Positions 49,691 to 59,573 of a stretch of DNA of 64,000 nt are shown here, piece by piece. The DNA lies in assembly GCA_002633185.1 (NCBI GenBank), contig NWBM01000002.1, positions 27,838 through 91,837 of the forward strand, given 5' to 3'. Position numbers and translations under genes: made by a program. Position 1 is the first letter of the stretch. Each line of letters begins with the position of its first letter. The notes below the pieces were generated by a model. It saw only the letters and a program-made list of their open reading frames with translations, was not told the origin of the DNA and ran no database searches. Source of the stretch: Lachnospiraceae bacterium Phil5 (GTDB lineage Bacteria > Bacillota > Clostridia > TANB77 > CAG-508).

Positions 49691-49723
49691 AAAAATACCC
49701 TCAAATTAATGAGGGTATTTTCT
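49691..49723. terminator. Bidirectional intrinsic terminator
   Basis: AATACCCTC-aaattaat-GAGGGTATT, flanked by A-runs and T-runs. Confidence 0.8.
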
Positions 49724-49734
49724 TACAACAAATA

Positions 49735-50259
49735 TTATTTTAAGATAAGATCTTTATCTGAAACATACATGCATACAAGATGTGTATTTTCCTCTTCATA
49801 ATTATTGTTGTAGTCAAAATCAATTTCAAGATTAGGTAAGATTTTCCTTATGGTATTGTAGAATCTCCAAAACTTGTCATCCTCATCTTCTTTGAAGTGG
49901 AAGTAAATTTCTGTTGGTTGATTTGAATCTAAGTATTTAAAAATACTGTAGATATTGGTGGAAACAAGTTTACTGAATTTCTTAAACATACTCAGTTCTT
50001 TTTGTGAAAGCTTGATTTTTTTGCTGATATCGTAATTGAAAAGCTCCAATTGGACATATCCTTTTTCTGCAAAGGAACACTCAAATAGATCATCTTCGCC
50101 TTTTACAGCTTCAGGAAGCCTTTGTTTCAGAAGTTCTTCGTCAAAATGCTCGGGTAAAGATTGAAACCAAGCTAGAATTGACCGTAGAAGCAAAATTGCT
50201 TCATATGTAGGCTTGTTTCGTTCTGCATCGGCCAATTTACAAAGTTCGAGTAAATTCAT
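49735..50259 (-). CDS. Hypothetical protein (174 aa), moderately GC-enriched, in a stand-alone cassette
   Basis: RBS gaaggagg lies before the ATG at 50259. Promoter TTGAAT(50376-50371)-17-TGATATAAT. I recognise no family. Confidence 0.65.
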   Translation of the reverse strand: MNLLELCKLADAERNKPTYEAILLLRSILAWFQSLPEHFDEELLKQRLPEAVKGEDDLFECSFAEKGYVQLELFNYDISKKIKLSQKELSMFKKFSKLVSTNIYSIFKYLDSNQPTEIYFHFKEDEDDKFWRFYNTIRKILPNLEIDFDYNNNYEEENTHLVCMYVSDKDLILK

Positions 50260-50313
50260 ATAAATCCTCCTTCGAAATTTGACTATTCTGTGGTAAACCA
50301 TGTAATGAAACAT

Positions 50314-50344
50314 GAGTGTTTTTGGCACTTCACCAAAAATTATA
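50314..50344. repeat. TTTTTGG...CCAAAAA palindromic repeat, copy e, in the 5' UTR of the 49735..50259 gene
   Basis: GAGTGTTTTTGGCACTTCACCAAAAATTATA. Confidence 0.5.
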
Positions 50345-50518
50345 TAAATTATATCATATTTTTTATGTAAATTCAATGATTACCGTATAAATTTTAAGAA
50401 AAATAACACAAAAATTTGTTGCAAAATGATGATTTTTTTTTTAAGTTGTATTATAATCAAAAACGAAAAAGGCAATAGATGCCAAAAATCTAAATTTACA
50501 AAGAAAAGGATGATGAAA

Positions 50519-50980
50519 ATGGAAAGAATAAGAGGATTTGAAATTGCAAAAGGATGGGAAGATAAAGATATCAACCTACCAGTAAGAAAAACAAAATATT
50601 CAGCAGGGTATGATGTAGAAGCAGCTGAAGACACAGTTATACCAAGCTTTACAAAGGGAACAAACCCAGTATTAATAAAAACAGGAATTAAAGCATATAT
50701 GCAAGATGATGAAGTATTAATGCTATACAACAGAAGTTCTAATCCAAAGAAAAAAGGATTAATATTAGCAAATAGTGTTGGAGTTGTAGATAAAGACTAT
50801 TATGGAAATCCAGACAATGACGGACATATTATGTTTGCATTTTATAACATTAAAGATGAAGATATAACAATCAAAAAAGGTGAAGCTATAGGGCAAGCAG
50901 TATTTCAAAAATATTTTGTAGCAGACAATGATGTTGCAGAAGGCGAAAGAATAGGCGGATTTGGTTCTACAAGCAAATAA
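50519..50980 (+). CDS. dut: dUTP diphosphatase
   Basis: SAGYDV, GVVDKDYYG and RIGGFGST motifs. The start could also be 50510 or 50513. Confidence 0.85.
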   Translation: MERIRGFEIAKGWEDKDINLPVRKTKYSAGYDVEAAEDTVIPSFTKGTNPVLIKTGIKAYMQDDEVLMLYNRSSNPKKKGLILANSVGVVDKDYYGNPDNDGHIMFAFYNIKDEDITIKKGEAIGQAVFQKYFVADNDVAEGERIGGFGSTSK

Positions 50981-51006
50981 TTACACAAAAAAAACACAAA
51001 ATTTTT

Positions 51007-51039
51007 AATGGTAAAAGCTTTGACTTTTACCATTTTTTG
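51007..51039 (+). terminator. Intrinsic terminator overlapping the carD promoter
   Basis: ATGGTAAAAG...CTTTTACCAT followed by T6. TTGACT-17-TATAAT is embedded in it. Confidence 0.75.
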
Positions 51040-51100
51040 TGGTATAATATTACATGTATGAAACAATAAAAATACTAAAAGAAAGGAAGTGTAGTTGCAC

Positions 51101-51685
51101 ATGTTTAATGTAGGAGATCAAATAGTATATCCAATGCATGGAGCAGGAACTATTCACGCAATAGAAAAGAAAAATATATTAAACGAAGAACAAGATTATT
51201 ACATAATTTCTATGCCAGGAGAAGTTAAGGTTATGGTACCAACACAAAAGGCAGAAGAAATTGGTGTAAGAAATATTATAGATAAAAATGACGTTTCAAA
51301 GGTATTAAACATCTTAGAAGAAGATGAAACAGAAATGTCAGATAATTGGAACAAGAGATATAGAGATAACATGGATAAAATGAAAAGCGGAGATATTTTT
51401 GAAGTAGCAGATGTTGTAAGAAATTTAAGCTTCAAACAAAAAGAAAAAGGACTATCAACAGGTGAAAAGAAAATGCTAAATAATGCTAAACAAATTTTAA
51501 TTAGTGAATTAGTTTTAGCAGAACATGTATCTCAACCAGAAATAGAAAAAATTGTAGAGGATAAAATAAATTTATCTTTTGAAGAAAACAGATTGCATGA
51601 AGGAACTATAGCAGATGCAGCAGGTTTAAATAACAACATAGTTAGCAAATTTATTCCATTTGATGGAGCTGATTCAGAAGAATAA
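51101..51685 (+). CDS. carD: CarD/CdnL family transcriptional regulator
   Basis: FNVGDQIVYPMHGAGTI N-terminal Tudor-like domain. Confidence 0.85.
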   Translation: MFNVGDQIVYPMHGAGTIHAIEKKNILNEEQDYYIISMPGEVKVMVPTQKAEEIGVRNIIDKNDVSKVLNILEEDETEMSDNWNKRYRDNMDKMKSGDIFEVADVVRNLSFKQKEKGLSTGEKKMLNNAKQILISELVLAEHVSQPEIEKIVEDKINLSFEENRLHEGTIADAAGLNNNIVSKFIPFDGADSEE

Positions 51686-51907
51686 TATTATGAAAATAAT
51701 AATAACACAAAAGAGCGAAAATGAAATTTTCTTAAGTTAAAAAAGCTTAGAAAATAGAAATTTCGCTTTTTTATGTTGCTGTATACAAATGTTCACATAA
51801 ATAATAAAATTATGTTAAACAATGAAGGATTTAGAAGATTGACGTCGAATATTAATATAGTTAGTATATATATTTATATATTAATAAATTAAAGAAAGGA
51901 CCTTAAA

Positions 51908-53722
51908 ATGGCAAGATACAGTGATGAAATCATAGATGAAATTAGAAGAAATAACGACATAGTAGATGTAATCTCCCAATATGTTAATTTAAAGAAAAGT
52001 GGGAGAAGTTTTTTTGGTTTATGCCCATTTCATAGTGAAAAGTCACCATCATTTGCAGTATCTCCAGATAAGCAAATATTTCATTGCTTTGGATGTGGAG
52101 CAGGAGGTAATGTATTCCATTTTATACAAAAAGTTGAAAATGTTGGATTCAAAGAATCTGTAGAAATGCTTGCAAATAGAGCAAACATTACATTACCAAC
52201 AGTGGATGATGGACAAGATAATAAACTTGCACATTTAAAGTCTAGAGTTTACGAAATAAACAAGCAAACAGCTCAATTTTATCATGAAAATTTATATAAG
52301 CCAACAGCTAAAGTTGCACAAGAATATATAAAAAAGAGAAAGTTAGATAACAATACTTTAAAAACATTTTTAATTGGATATTCAGGCAATTTTAACGAGC
52401 TATATAATTATTTAAAATCACAAGGGTTTACAGAAGAAGAAATTTTAGCCTCAACATTAGTTAATAAAAATGAAAAAGGCGAGTTCATAGACAGATTTAG
52501 AAAAAGGTTAATGTTCCCAATACAAGATGAAAGAGGAAGAGTAATAGCATTTGGAGGAAGAATTTTGGAAGATAGTAAAATTCAAAATGTCAAAATGCCT
52601 AAATATATCAACTCTTCAGAAAATATTGTATATAGTAAGGGAAGACATTTATTTGGTCTTTATGCTGCCAAACAAAAACAGAAAATTGACAAAATGATTA
52701 TTGTTGAAGGTTATATGGATTGTATTTCATTACATCAAAGAGGAATAACAAATGTAGTTGCATCACTTGGAACAGCATTAACAGAGGCTCAAGGAAGATT
52801 GTTAAGAAATAATAGTAACCAAGTAATAATAGGTTATGATGCAGATGGAGCCGGACAAGCTGCTACTCTAAGGGGACTAGAAATATTGCAAAACTTAGGT
52901 TGTGACTTAAGAATTTTGCAACTTGATGAACCTGTAAAAGATCCAGATGAATATATATTGAAATATGGACCAGAAAGACTACAAAGATGTGTTGATAATG
53001 CAATATCACTTGTGGAATTTAAAGTAAAATTACTAAAAAATAAATTAGATTTAAACCATCCAAATGATAAAATTAAGTTTTTAACTGAAATAGCAAAAGA
53101 ACTTGCAAAAATCAACAGTGACTTAGAAAAAGAAGTTTACGTAGATAAAATTGCATTTGATTACAAAATTTCAAAAGAAGCAATATATGCTGAAATTAAC
53201 AAACTTACACATGGAAATAACAGAAGTGAAAGGATGTTAAATGAGAAAAAAATTGTAAAAAAACCTGAACAAGAAATCAAACCAAAAGTTCAAGAAGACA
53301 ATGCAACTAAAAAAGAAAACATGATTATTTATCTTTTAATTAATTATCCAGACCAATCTTATGAAAAATTAAGAGAAAAAATTGGATATGAAAAGATAAA
53401 AAATGAAAGAAATAGACAAATAATAAAAAAATTGTATGAAGAATTGGAAAAAGGAAATAGTATTAATAATGCATTAGACTTGTTCCAAGATGAAGAAACC
53501 ATCAGCTTTTTAAGCTGGGTTATGGCATACGATTTTGAAATAACTGAAGCTGATAAAGCAATTGAAGATATCTTAAATAACTATGAAAAAGATAAATTGA
53601 TATCAATGAGAAATGAAATTATACATGCGTTAGATAATACAGAAAATTTAACAAAAGATGAAATAGCTAGTTTAGAACAAAGTTTAAATGAAGTAATTTT
53701 AAAGTTAGCTAGAATGAAATAG
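51908..53722 (+). CDS. dnaG: DNA primase
   Basis: Zinc finger CPFHSEKSPSFAVSPDKQIFHCFGCGAGG and TOPRIM EGYMDCISL. Confidence 0.95.
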   Translation: MARYSDEIIDEIRRNNDIVDVISQYVNLKKSGRSFFGLCPFHSEKSPSFAVSPDKQIFHCFGCGAGGNVFHFIQKVENVGFKESVEMLANRANITLPTVDDGQDNKLAHLKSRVYEINKQTAQFYHENLYKPTAKVAQEYIKKRKLDNNTLKTFLIGYSGNFNELYNYLKSQGFTEEEILASTLVNKNEKGEFIDRFRKRLMFPIQDERGRVIAFGGRILEDSKIQNVKMPKYINSSENIVYSKGRHLFGLYAAKQKQKIDKMIIVEGYMDCISLHQRGITNVVASLGTALTEAQGRLLRNNSNQVIIGYDADGAGQAATLRGLEILQNLGCDLRILQLDEPVKDPDEYILKYGPERLQRCVDNAISLVEFKVKLLKNKLDLNHPNDKIKFLTEIAKELAKINSDLEKEVYVDKIAFDYKISKEAIYAEINKLTHGNNRSERMLNEKKIVKKPEQEIKPKVQEDNATKKENMIIYLLINYPDQSYEKLREKIGYEKIKNERNRQIIKKLYEELEKGNSINNALDLFQDEETISFLSWVMAYDFEITEADKAIEDILNNYEKDKLISMRNEIIHALDNTENLTKDEIASLEQSLNEVILKLARMK

Positions 53723-53734
53723 GAGGTAGAATTA

Positions 53735-55051
53735 ATGAAAAAATCTGAAAACACAGAAATTGAAATAATGCAAAAAGTTGAAGTACCAGATGTAGTTGGA
53801 AAATCAGAAGAAGAAGCAAGAAAAGAATTAGATAGATTTGATGTAATAATAAAATATGTTACAGATCAGGAATCTCCTGTTGGTGTAATTGCTCAAAGCT
53901 TAAAAGCAGGAAGAAAAGTAAATGAATTTTCCGAAATAAAATTAAAAATAAATCAAAAAGAAGAGGAAGAACAAGAACTTGATAAAGAAAAAGTTAAAAA
54001 GATAATAGATAAAGCAAAAAAAGATGGAAAAATTACTTATGGTGAGCTTGCAACACAACTAGGAGATGCAAATACAGAACAAATTGAAGAAGTATTTGAT
54101 ACATTTGAAAATATGGGAGTAAACGTATTTAGTGAAGAGCTAGAAGAACCAGATTTTGAAGACTTAGAAGAAGTTGAAGAAATCAAATTAGAAGATTTAG
54201 ATGTAACAAACTTTGATGGAATAAATGTAGATGACCCAGTTAGAATGTATTTAAGAGAAATAGGAAAAATCCCACTATTAACATATGATCAAGAAATTGC
54301 AATAGCTAAAGAAGTTCTAGAAGGAAATGAAGAAGCAAAACAAAAACTTGCAGAATCAAACTTAAGACTTGTTGTAAGTATTGCAAAAAAATATGTTGGA
54401 AGAGGAATGTTATTCTTAGACTTAATACAGGAAGGAAACATGGGATTAATAAAAGCCGTAGAAAAATTCGATTACACAAAAGGATACAAATTCAGTACTT
54501 ATGCTACATGGTGGATTAGACAAGCCATAACAAGAGCAATAGCAGATCAAGCAAGAACAATAAGAATTCCAGTGCACATGGTAGAAACAATAAATAAATT
54601 AATTCGTACTTCAAGAGATCTATTACAAAGATTAGGAAGAGAACCAACGCCAGAAGAAATTTCTAAAGAATTAGAAATGCCTGTAGAAAAAGTACTTGAA
54701 ATTCAAAAAATAGCACAAGACCCAGTATCATTAGAAACTCCTATAGGTGAAGAAGATGACAGCCATTTAGGAGACTTCATACAAGATGATGATTCACCAG
54801 CACCACAAGATTCAGTTGCATACACATTGTTAAGAGAACAATTAGAAGAAGTTATGAACACATTAACACCTAGAGAAGCAAAGGTTTTAAAACTAAGATT
54901 TGGGCTTGAAGATGGAAAAGCTAGAACACTAGAAGAAGTTGGTAGAGAGTTCCAAGTAACACGTGAAAGAATAAGACAAATAGAAGCAAAAGCATTAAGA
55001 AAGCTAAGACATCCAAGTAGAAGCAAGAAACTAAAAGACTACATGAATTAA
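53735..55051 (+). CDS. sigA: Primary sigma factor SigA/RpoD carrying an N-terminal PASTA-like domain
   Basis: Region 2 [27 protein letters not shown]. Region 4 [28 protein letters not shown]. Residues ~14-72, [16 protein letters not shown]...[14 protein letters not shown]...IKLKI, match the PASTA consensus. Confidence 0.9.
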   Translation: MKKSENTEIEIMQKVEVPDVVGKSEEEARKELDRFDVIIKYVTDQESPVGVIAQSLKAGRKVNEFSEIKLKINQKEEEEQELDKEKVKKIIDKAKKDGKITYGELATQLGDANTEQIEEVFDTFENMGVNVFSEELEEPDFEDLEEVEEIKLEDLDVTNFDGINVDDPVRMYLREIGKIPLLTYDQEIAIAKEVLEGNEEAKQKLAESNLRLVVSIAKKYVGRGMLFLDLIQEGNMGLIKAVEKFDYTKGYKFSTYATWWIRQAITRAIADQARTIRIPVHMVETINKLIRTSRDLLQRLGREPTPEEISKELEMPVEKVLEIQKIAQDPVSLETPIGEEDDSHLGDFIQDDDSPAPQDSVAYTLLREQLEEVMNTLTPREAKVLKLRFGLEDGKARTLEEVGREFQVTRERIRQIEAKALRKLRHPSRSKKLKDYMN

Positions 55052-55138
55052 TTTTTCCAGAAAACTTGATTTTTAAATGAATTTATGGTAGTATGAATAT
55101 GTGTATTGATTTATGATAAAAATCGGAGGTAAAAATTT

Positions 55139-55459
55139 ATGGAAAATGCTGATACTAAGAAGACACCTGTTTTAAAAAGAGCATTTAGTTCACTAGCATT
55201 GTTTGTTAGAACATTACCAAAAAATGATGAAGATAATAAAATAGAAGATATAGATAATTTAAGTAGTTTCTCAAAAGAAGATCAAGCAACAATTCAAAAT
55301 TTATGGAAAGTAGAAGCTCAACTTAAGAAAGCAGCCGCAAATAGCGGAAATTCAAAAAAAGGTCTTCAAAAACAATTAGAGCAACAAGCACATGGTGGAA
55401 GAACAACAATAATGAAAACAGTTGTTAGAAATGAAAGAGATGAAAGAATAAGAGGTTAA
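55139..55459 (+). CDS. Hypothetical small protein
   Basis: RBS ggaggt. 106 aa. Followed by a strong terminator. Confidence 0.6.
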   Translation: MENADTKKTPVLKRAFSSLALFVRTLPKNDEDNKIEDIDNLSSFSKEDQATIQNLWKVEAQLKKAAANSGNSKKGLQKQLEQQAHGGRTTIMKTVVRNERDERIRG

Positions 55460-55485
55460 CAAAAAGTTAACTTCTTATTTTTTTG
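55447..55485 (+). terminator. Intrinsic terminator
   Basis: AATAAGAGGTTAAC-aaaaa-GTTAACTTCTTATT followed by T7. Confidence 0.85.
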
Positions 55486-55500
55486 TATCCGTTTTTGAGC

Positions 55501-55529
55501 AGAGTTTTTGGAACACTTCCAAAAACTCT
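55501..55529. repeat. Perfect 13-bp-arm palindrome of the TTTTTGG family, copy d, in the mgtA leader
   Basis: AGAGTTTTTGGAA-CAC-TTCCAAAAACTCT. Confidence 0.8.
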
Positions 55530-55579
55530 ATTAAAATTTCGAATAAGTGGCATACTACAATATAGAAAAGAGGGAAAGT

Positions 55580-58201
55580 ATGGAACAAAAGCAAAATAAA
55601 GAAACATATAGTGCAAAAGAACAGTATGGTGAGGACTGTATTATGAGTGTAGAAGCATTCAAAGGAAAATACCACATAAATGAAAAAACAGGTTTATCAA
55701 ATGAAGATGTACAAAACAATTTAAAAAAATATGGTTTAAATCAAATAAAACAGGCGAAGCCAAAAAGATGGTATAATTATTTTTTTTCAAGTTTACTAAG
55801 TCCATTTAATAAAATACTCCTGGGTATAAGTATTATTTTAATTTACACAGATATAGTGCTTCCAGAAAATCCAAGTTATGCAAACATTGTGGTAATAATT
55901 GTATTGGTTTTAGTTAGCACATTTCTTGATTTTTTTGAGGTATATCGTTCAAACAATGCTGCTGAAAAATTAAAGGAATTGGTTCAAGCTAATATAGTAG
56001 TAATAAGAGATGGAAAAGAAACACAAATTCCAACAAAGGAAGTAGTTGTAAATGATGTAATAAAACTATCAGCAGGAGATATGATTCCAGCAGATAGCAG
56101 AGTAATAGAGTCAAAAGATTTATATGTTTCGCAATCTTCTATAACAGGAGAATCGGATGCAGTAAGAAAAATAGCAAATACGGAAATACAATCAGTAGAA
56201 AAAATTGAATCAATTTCAGATATAGATAATATTTGCTTCATGGGAACAAATGTAATAAGTGGAACGGCTAAAGTGGTTGTAATAAAAACTGGAGATAACA
56301 CTTATTTCGGAAAAGTTGCAGGAACGTTAAATGAAGGGAAGCCAAAGACCAATTTCCAAAAAGGAATAGAAAACATAAGTAAATTATTAATTAGATTTAT
56401 GTTTGTTCTAATACCAGTAATTTTCTTGCTAAATGCGTGGAAGCATAATTTGGTTCTAGCTTTTACGTTTGCTGTTGCAATTGCTATTACAATAACACCA
56501 TTACTGTTACCTGTTATTTTATCATCTTGTCTATCAAAAGGTGCAGTTCGAATGTCTAAAAAGAAAACAATAGTAAAAAAGCTAGATTCCATTCAAAATT
56601 TTGGAGCAATGAACATTCTTTGCACAGACAAAACGGGAACTTTAACAGAAGATAAGATAGTTTTAGAAAAATATTTAGATGTATATGGAAATGAAAATAT
56701 AAGAGTTCTAAAACATGCATTTTTAAATTCATATTTTCAAACAGGATTAAAAGGAAGCATAGATGAAGCTGTAATAAACAGAGCGTTGAAAAATAATTTA
56801 AGCGATTTAGCTAATCAATATAAAATAGTAGATGAAATTCCATTTGATTTTACTAGAAGAAGACTTTCTGTAATTGTAAAAGATGAGAATGGAGACCAAT
56901 TATTAATAACAAAAGGAGCGGTTGAAGAAGTATTAAATATATGTACAACAATAGATTTTGAACATCAAATATTGCCTATAACAAAAGAAATAAAAGACAA
57001 TATAAAACAAATTGCAAATAATATGAATGTAGATGGCTTGCGAGTTGTAGCAGTATGTCAAAAAAAGAACATAAATCATATTAAGTTATTTACTGTAAAA
57101 GATGAGGCACAAATGTCATTAGTTGGTTTTATAGGATTTCTAGATCCACCAAAAGCAAGTGCAAAAAATGCTGTAGAAAAGTTGAATAATGCTGGAATAA
57201 GAGTAATTGTTTTAACCGGAGATAATGCAGCTGTAACAAAATCAATTTGCCAGAAGGTTAACATCAACACAAAGAAAATAATAACAGGAAGTCAAATTGA
57301 TAAATTACCAGATAATGGAGTAAGATATCTTCTAAAGAAAAACAATGTATTTGTAAAGCTTACTCCAATTCAAAAGGCGAGAGTAGTAAGACTGTTAAAA
57401 GATGATGGAAATGTTGTTGGATATATGGGAGATGGAATAAATGATAGCCCTTCACTAACAAATTCAGATGTAGGTGTTTCAGTAGATACAGCAGTAGATA
57501 TAGCAAAAGAAACAGCTGATATAATTTTGCTCGAAAAAGATTTAAATGTATTGTTAGATGGTGTAACAGAAGGAAGACGTACTTTTGGAAATTTAATGAA
57601 ATATATAAAAATGGCTGTAAGTTTCAATTTTGGAGAAGTAGTTTCAGTTATAATAGCAAGTGTTTTATTGCCGTTTTTGCCAGAAACACCAATACAATTA
57701 TTAGTTGAAAGTCTATTATATGATATAGGTCAATTAACACTTCCATTTGATAATGTTGATAAAGAATATTTACAAGAACCTAAAAGGCTTGTAATAAAAG
57801 ATTTAAAACAATTCATGTTATTTATGGGATCATTAAGTTCAATGTTTGATATGATTGTATTTGCTTTAATATGGTTTGTATTTGGTATAAGAACAGCGCC
57901 AGAATGTCAAACACTTTGGTTTAGTTATAGTATTGTTTCTAACTTAATTGGAATGCATATAATTAGAACAGCAAAACATCCATTTATACAAAGTAACGCA
58001 AGTAAAATGGTGTATTTTTCGTCAATATTATTAAGCATAATTGGATTACTTGTTCCGTATACAATTCTTGGAAGAATTATTGGTTTAGTTCCAATAACGT
58101 TGAATTATTTACACTTAATTCTTGGCGTAACAGCACTATACTGTGTGGTGGCACTATTTGCAAAAAGAATATATATAAAAAAATATGGCAACTGGATATA
58201 G
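55580..58201 (+). CDS. mgtA: Magnesium-translocating P-type ATPase
   Basis: CTDKTGTLT, TGDN, GDGINDSP. Length and TM layout are typical of MgtA/MgtB. Confidence 0.85.
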   Translation: MEQKQNKETYSAKEQYGEDCIMSVEAFKGKYHINEKTGLSNEDVQNNLKKYGLNQIKQAKPKRWYNYFFSSLLSPFNKILLGISIILIYTDIVLPENPSYANIVVIIVLVLVSTFLDFFEVYRSNNAAEKLKELVQANIVVIRDGKETQIPTKEVVVNDVIKLSAGDMIPADSRVIESKDLYVSQSSITGESDAVRKIANTEIQSVEKIESISDIDNICFMGTNVISGTAKVVVIKTGDNTYFGKVAGTLNEGKPKTNFQKGIENISKLLIRFMFVLIPVIFLLNAWKHNLVLAFTFAVAIAITITPLLLPVILSSCLSKGAVRMSKKKTIVKKLDSIQNFGAMNILCTDKTGTLTEDKIVLEKYLDVYGNENIRVLKHAFLNSYFQTGLKGSIDEAVINRALKNNLSDLANQYKIVDEIPFDFTRRRLSVIVKDENGDQLLITKGAVEEVLNICTTIDFEHQILPITKEIKDNIKQIANNMNVDGLRVVAVCQKKNINHIKLFTVKDEAQMSLVGFIGFLDPPKASAKNAVEKLNNAGIRVIVLTGDNAAVTKSICQKVNINTKKIITGSQIDKLPDNGVRYLLKKNNVFVKLTPIQKARVVRLLKDDGNVVGYMGDGINDSPSLTNSDVGVSVDTAVDIAKETADIILLEKDLNVLLDGVTEGRRTFGNLMKYIKMAVSFNFGEVVSVIIASVLLPFLPETPIQLLVESLLYDIGQLTLPFDNVDKEYLQEPKRLVIKDLKQFMLFMGSLSSMFDMIVFALIWFVFGIRTAPECQTLWFSYSIVSNLIGMHIIRTAKHPFIQSNASKMVYFSSILLSIIGLLVPYTILGRIIGLVPITLNYLHLILGVTALYCVVALFAKRIYIKKYGNWI

Positions 58202-58272
58202 TTGCCATTTTACATAATATGTGGTATAATATATGCAAATTTATAATAAAAAATAAAAGGAGAAAATATTTT

Positions 58273-59136
58273 ATGGATGAAATATATGCAAATAAAATAT
58301 TTGAATTAAAAGAGCAAGGTTATTCGTATGCTAAAATTTTCGACTATTTTGAAAAAAATGGCATCGATTTAGATAAAAAAGAAATTGTTCAAATATGTAG
58401 AAGAATGTATAAAGAAAGAAATAGAAATGTTCCTAAGCCTAAAAGAGATAATAATCAAGATATAATTGAATTACCACTTCAAGAGGTATTAGACTTAAGA
58501 AGAAGTGGTAAAACTTATGAAGAAATAGCACAATATTATAGAGATAAAGGAATAGAAGTATCAAGAGAATCTATAAGGAAAAGGATTAAAGATGTTGGCG
58601 CATTACAAGGTATTGGGAAAATTAGAATAGAAAATTTACCAATTGATGAGATAATGTATTTAAAAGAGAAAAAAGGTTTAACATATAATGAAATAGTTGA
58701 CTATTATAAAAATAAAGGAATTAAACTTAAAAAGAATGCGGTAATGTTAGAATGTAGAGGTAAATTAAAGGCTAAGAACAAAAATGCAAAATTTGGAGTA
58801 AATCTTAATAGACGAGTAGATAAAGAAACTGTATATCAATTAAAAAAGATGGGATTAACATACAAACAAATTGTGGCTATATATGAGTTTAGAGGAATTT
58901 CAGTGTCAGTTCAAACAATAGAAAGAAGATGTGCGCAAGCATTTAAAGAAAAGGGAGAACAAGTACCTCAAATGAAAAAGAAAAAAAGAGAGGATAAAAA
59001 GACTGAACAAGAATTAAGAGAGTTAAATGAGTCGTTAGATGCATTATTGTCAGAGAAAAAACAAAGTGAAGATTTATTAAAAGGATATACAGAGTTATTA
59101 AGTAAACAAGAAAAAGGAGAAAAATATGAACGTTAA
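58273..59136 (+). CDS. Protein with four tandem ~40-aa helix-turn-helix-like repeats and a C-terminal coiled coil
   Basis: Repeats: LKEQGYSYAKIFDYFEKNGIDL, LRRSGKTYEEIAQYYRDKGIEV, LKEKKGLTYNEIVDYYKNKGIKL, LKKMGLTYKQIVAIYEFRGISV. Confidence 0.7.
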   Translation: MDEIYANKIFELKEQGYSYAKIFDYFEKNGIDLDKKEIVQICRRMYKERNRNVPKPKRDNNQDIIELPLQEVLDLRRSGKTYEEIAQYYRDKGIEVSRESIRKRIKDVGALQGIGKIRIENLPIDEIMYLKEKKGLTYNEIVDYYKNKGIKLKKNAVMLECRGKLKAKNKNAKFGVNLNRRVDKETVYQLKKMGLTYKQIVAIYEFRGISVSVQTIERRCAQAFKEKGEQVPQMKKKKREDKKTEQELRELNESLDALLSEKKQSEDLLKGYTELLSKQEKGEKYER

Positions 59137-59344
59137 AGAAGCTAGCAATGATAAAAGAATAAAATTACTAGAACTTCAAAAAGCATATAGAAGCGGAGCT
59201 ATAAGAGAACAAGATTTATCTGAAGAACAAATAAAGCAACTTAAAAAACTATATAAAACACAAATAGATTTTTTAAAAGCGTCAGTTGAAAAAGATAAAG
59301 AAGAGATTATAAAAATTAGAAAAAAATTATCTATAAATAAGTAA
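59126..59344 (+). CDS. Small coiled-coil protein overlapping the preceding gene by 11 nt
   Basis: RBS aaaggag lies inside the upstream gene. 72 aa, charged and helical. Confidence 0.55.
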   Translation: MNVKEASNDKRIKLLELQKAYRSGAIREQDLSEEQIKQLKKLYKTQIDFLKASVEKDKEEIIKIRKKLSINK

Positions 59345-59354
59345 AAAACAAATA

Positions 59355-59390
59355 AAAAAGACAAACAAATTAAATTTGTTTGTCTTTTTT
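59355..59390. terminator. Bidirectional intrinsic terminator
   Basis: AAGACAAACAAA-ttaaa-TTTGTTTGTCTT, flanked by A-runs and T-runs. Confidence 0.85.
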
Positions 59391-59466
59391 GGTAGCGAGA
59401 AGTGGATTCGAACCACCGACCTGCCGGGTATGAACCGGATGCTCTAGCCAACTGAGCTATCTCGCC
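59390..59466 (-). tRNA. tRNA-Met, elongator type (anticodon CAT)
   Basis: The reverse complement is GGCGAGATAGCTCAGTTGGCTAGAGCATCCGGTTCATACCCGGCAGGTCGGTGGTTCGAATCCACTTCTCGCTACCA. Anticodon loop TTCATAC. tRNA-Ile2 (lysidine) is not excluded. Confidence 0.8.
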
Positions 59467-59573
59467 ATTTCTTGAATAAGCAATTACTATTATAATAATT
59501 TCTAGAGCATTTGTCAATAGGTTAAGTAAAAAAATTAAGACCATCGAGGAGCAATGAGTCCTCGATGGTTCCT

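Noticed and set aside
55460-55579. M-box (ykoK) magnesium riboswitch upstream of mgtA
   Set aside because: The leader is only ~95 nt after the upstream terminator, and I could not find M-box-like conserved helices.
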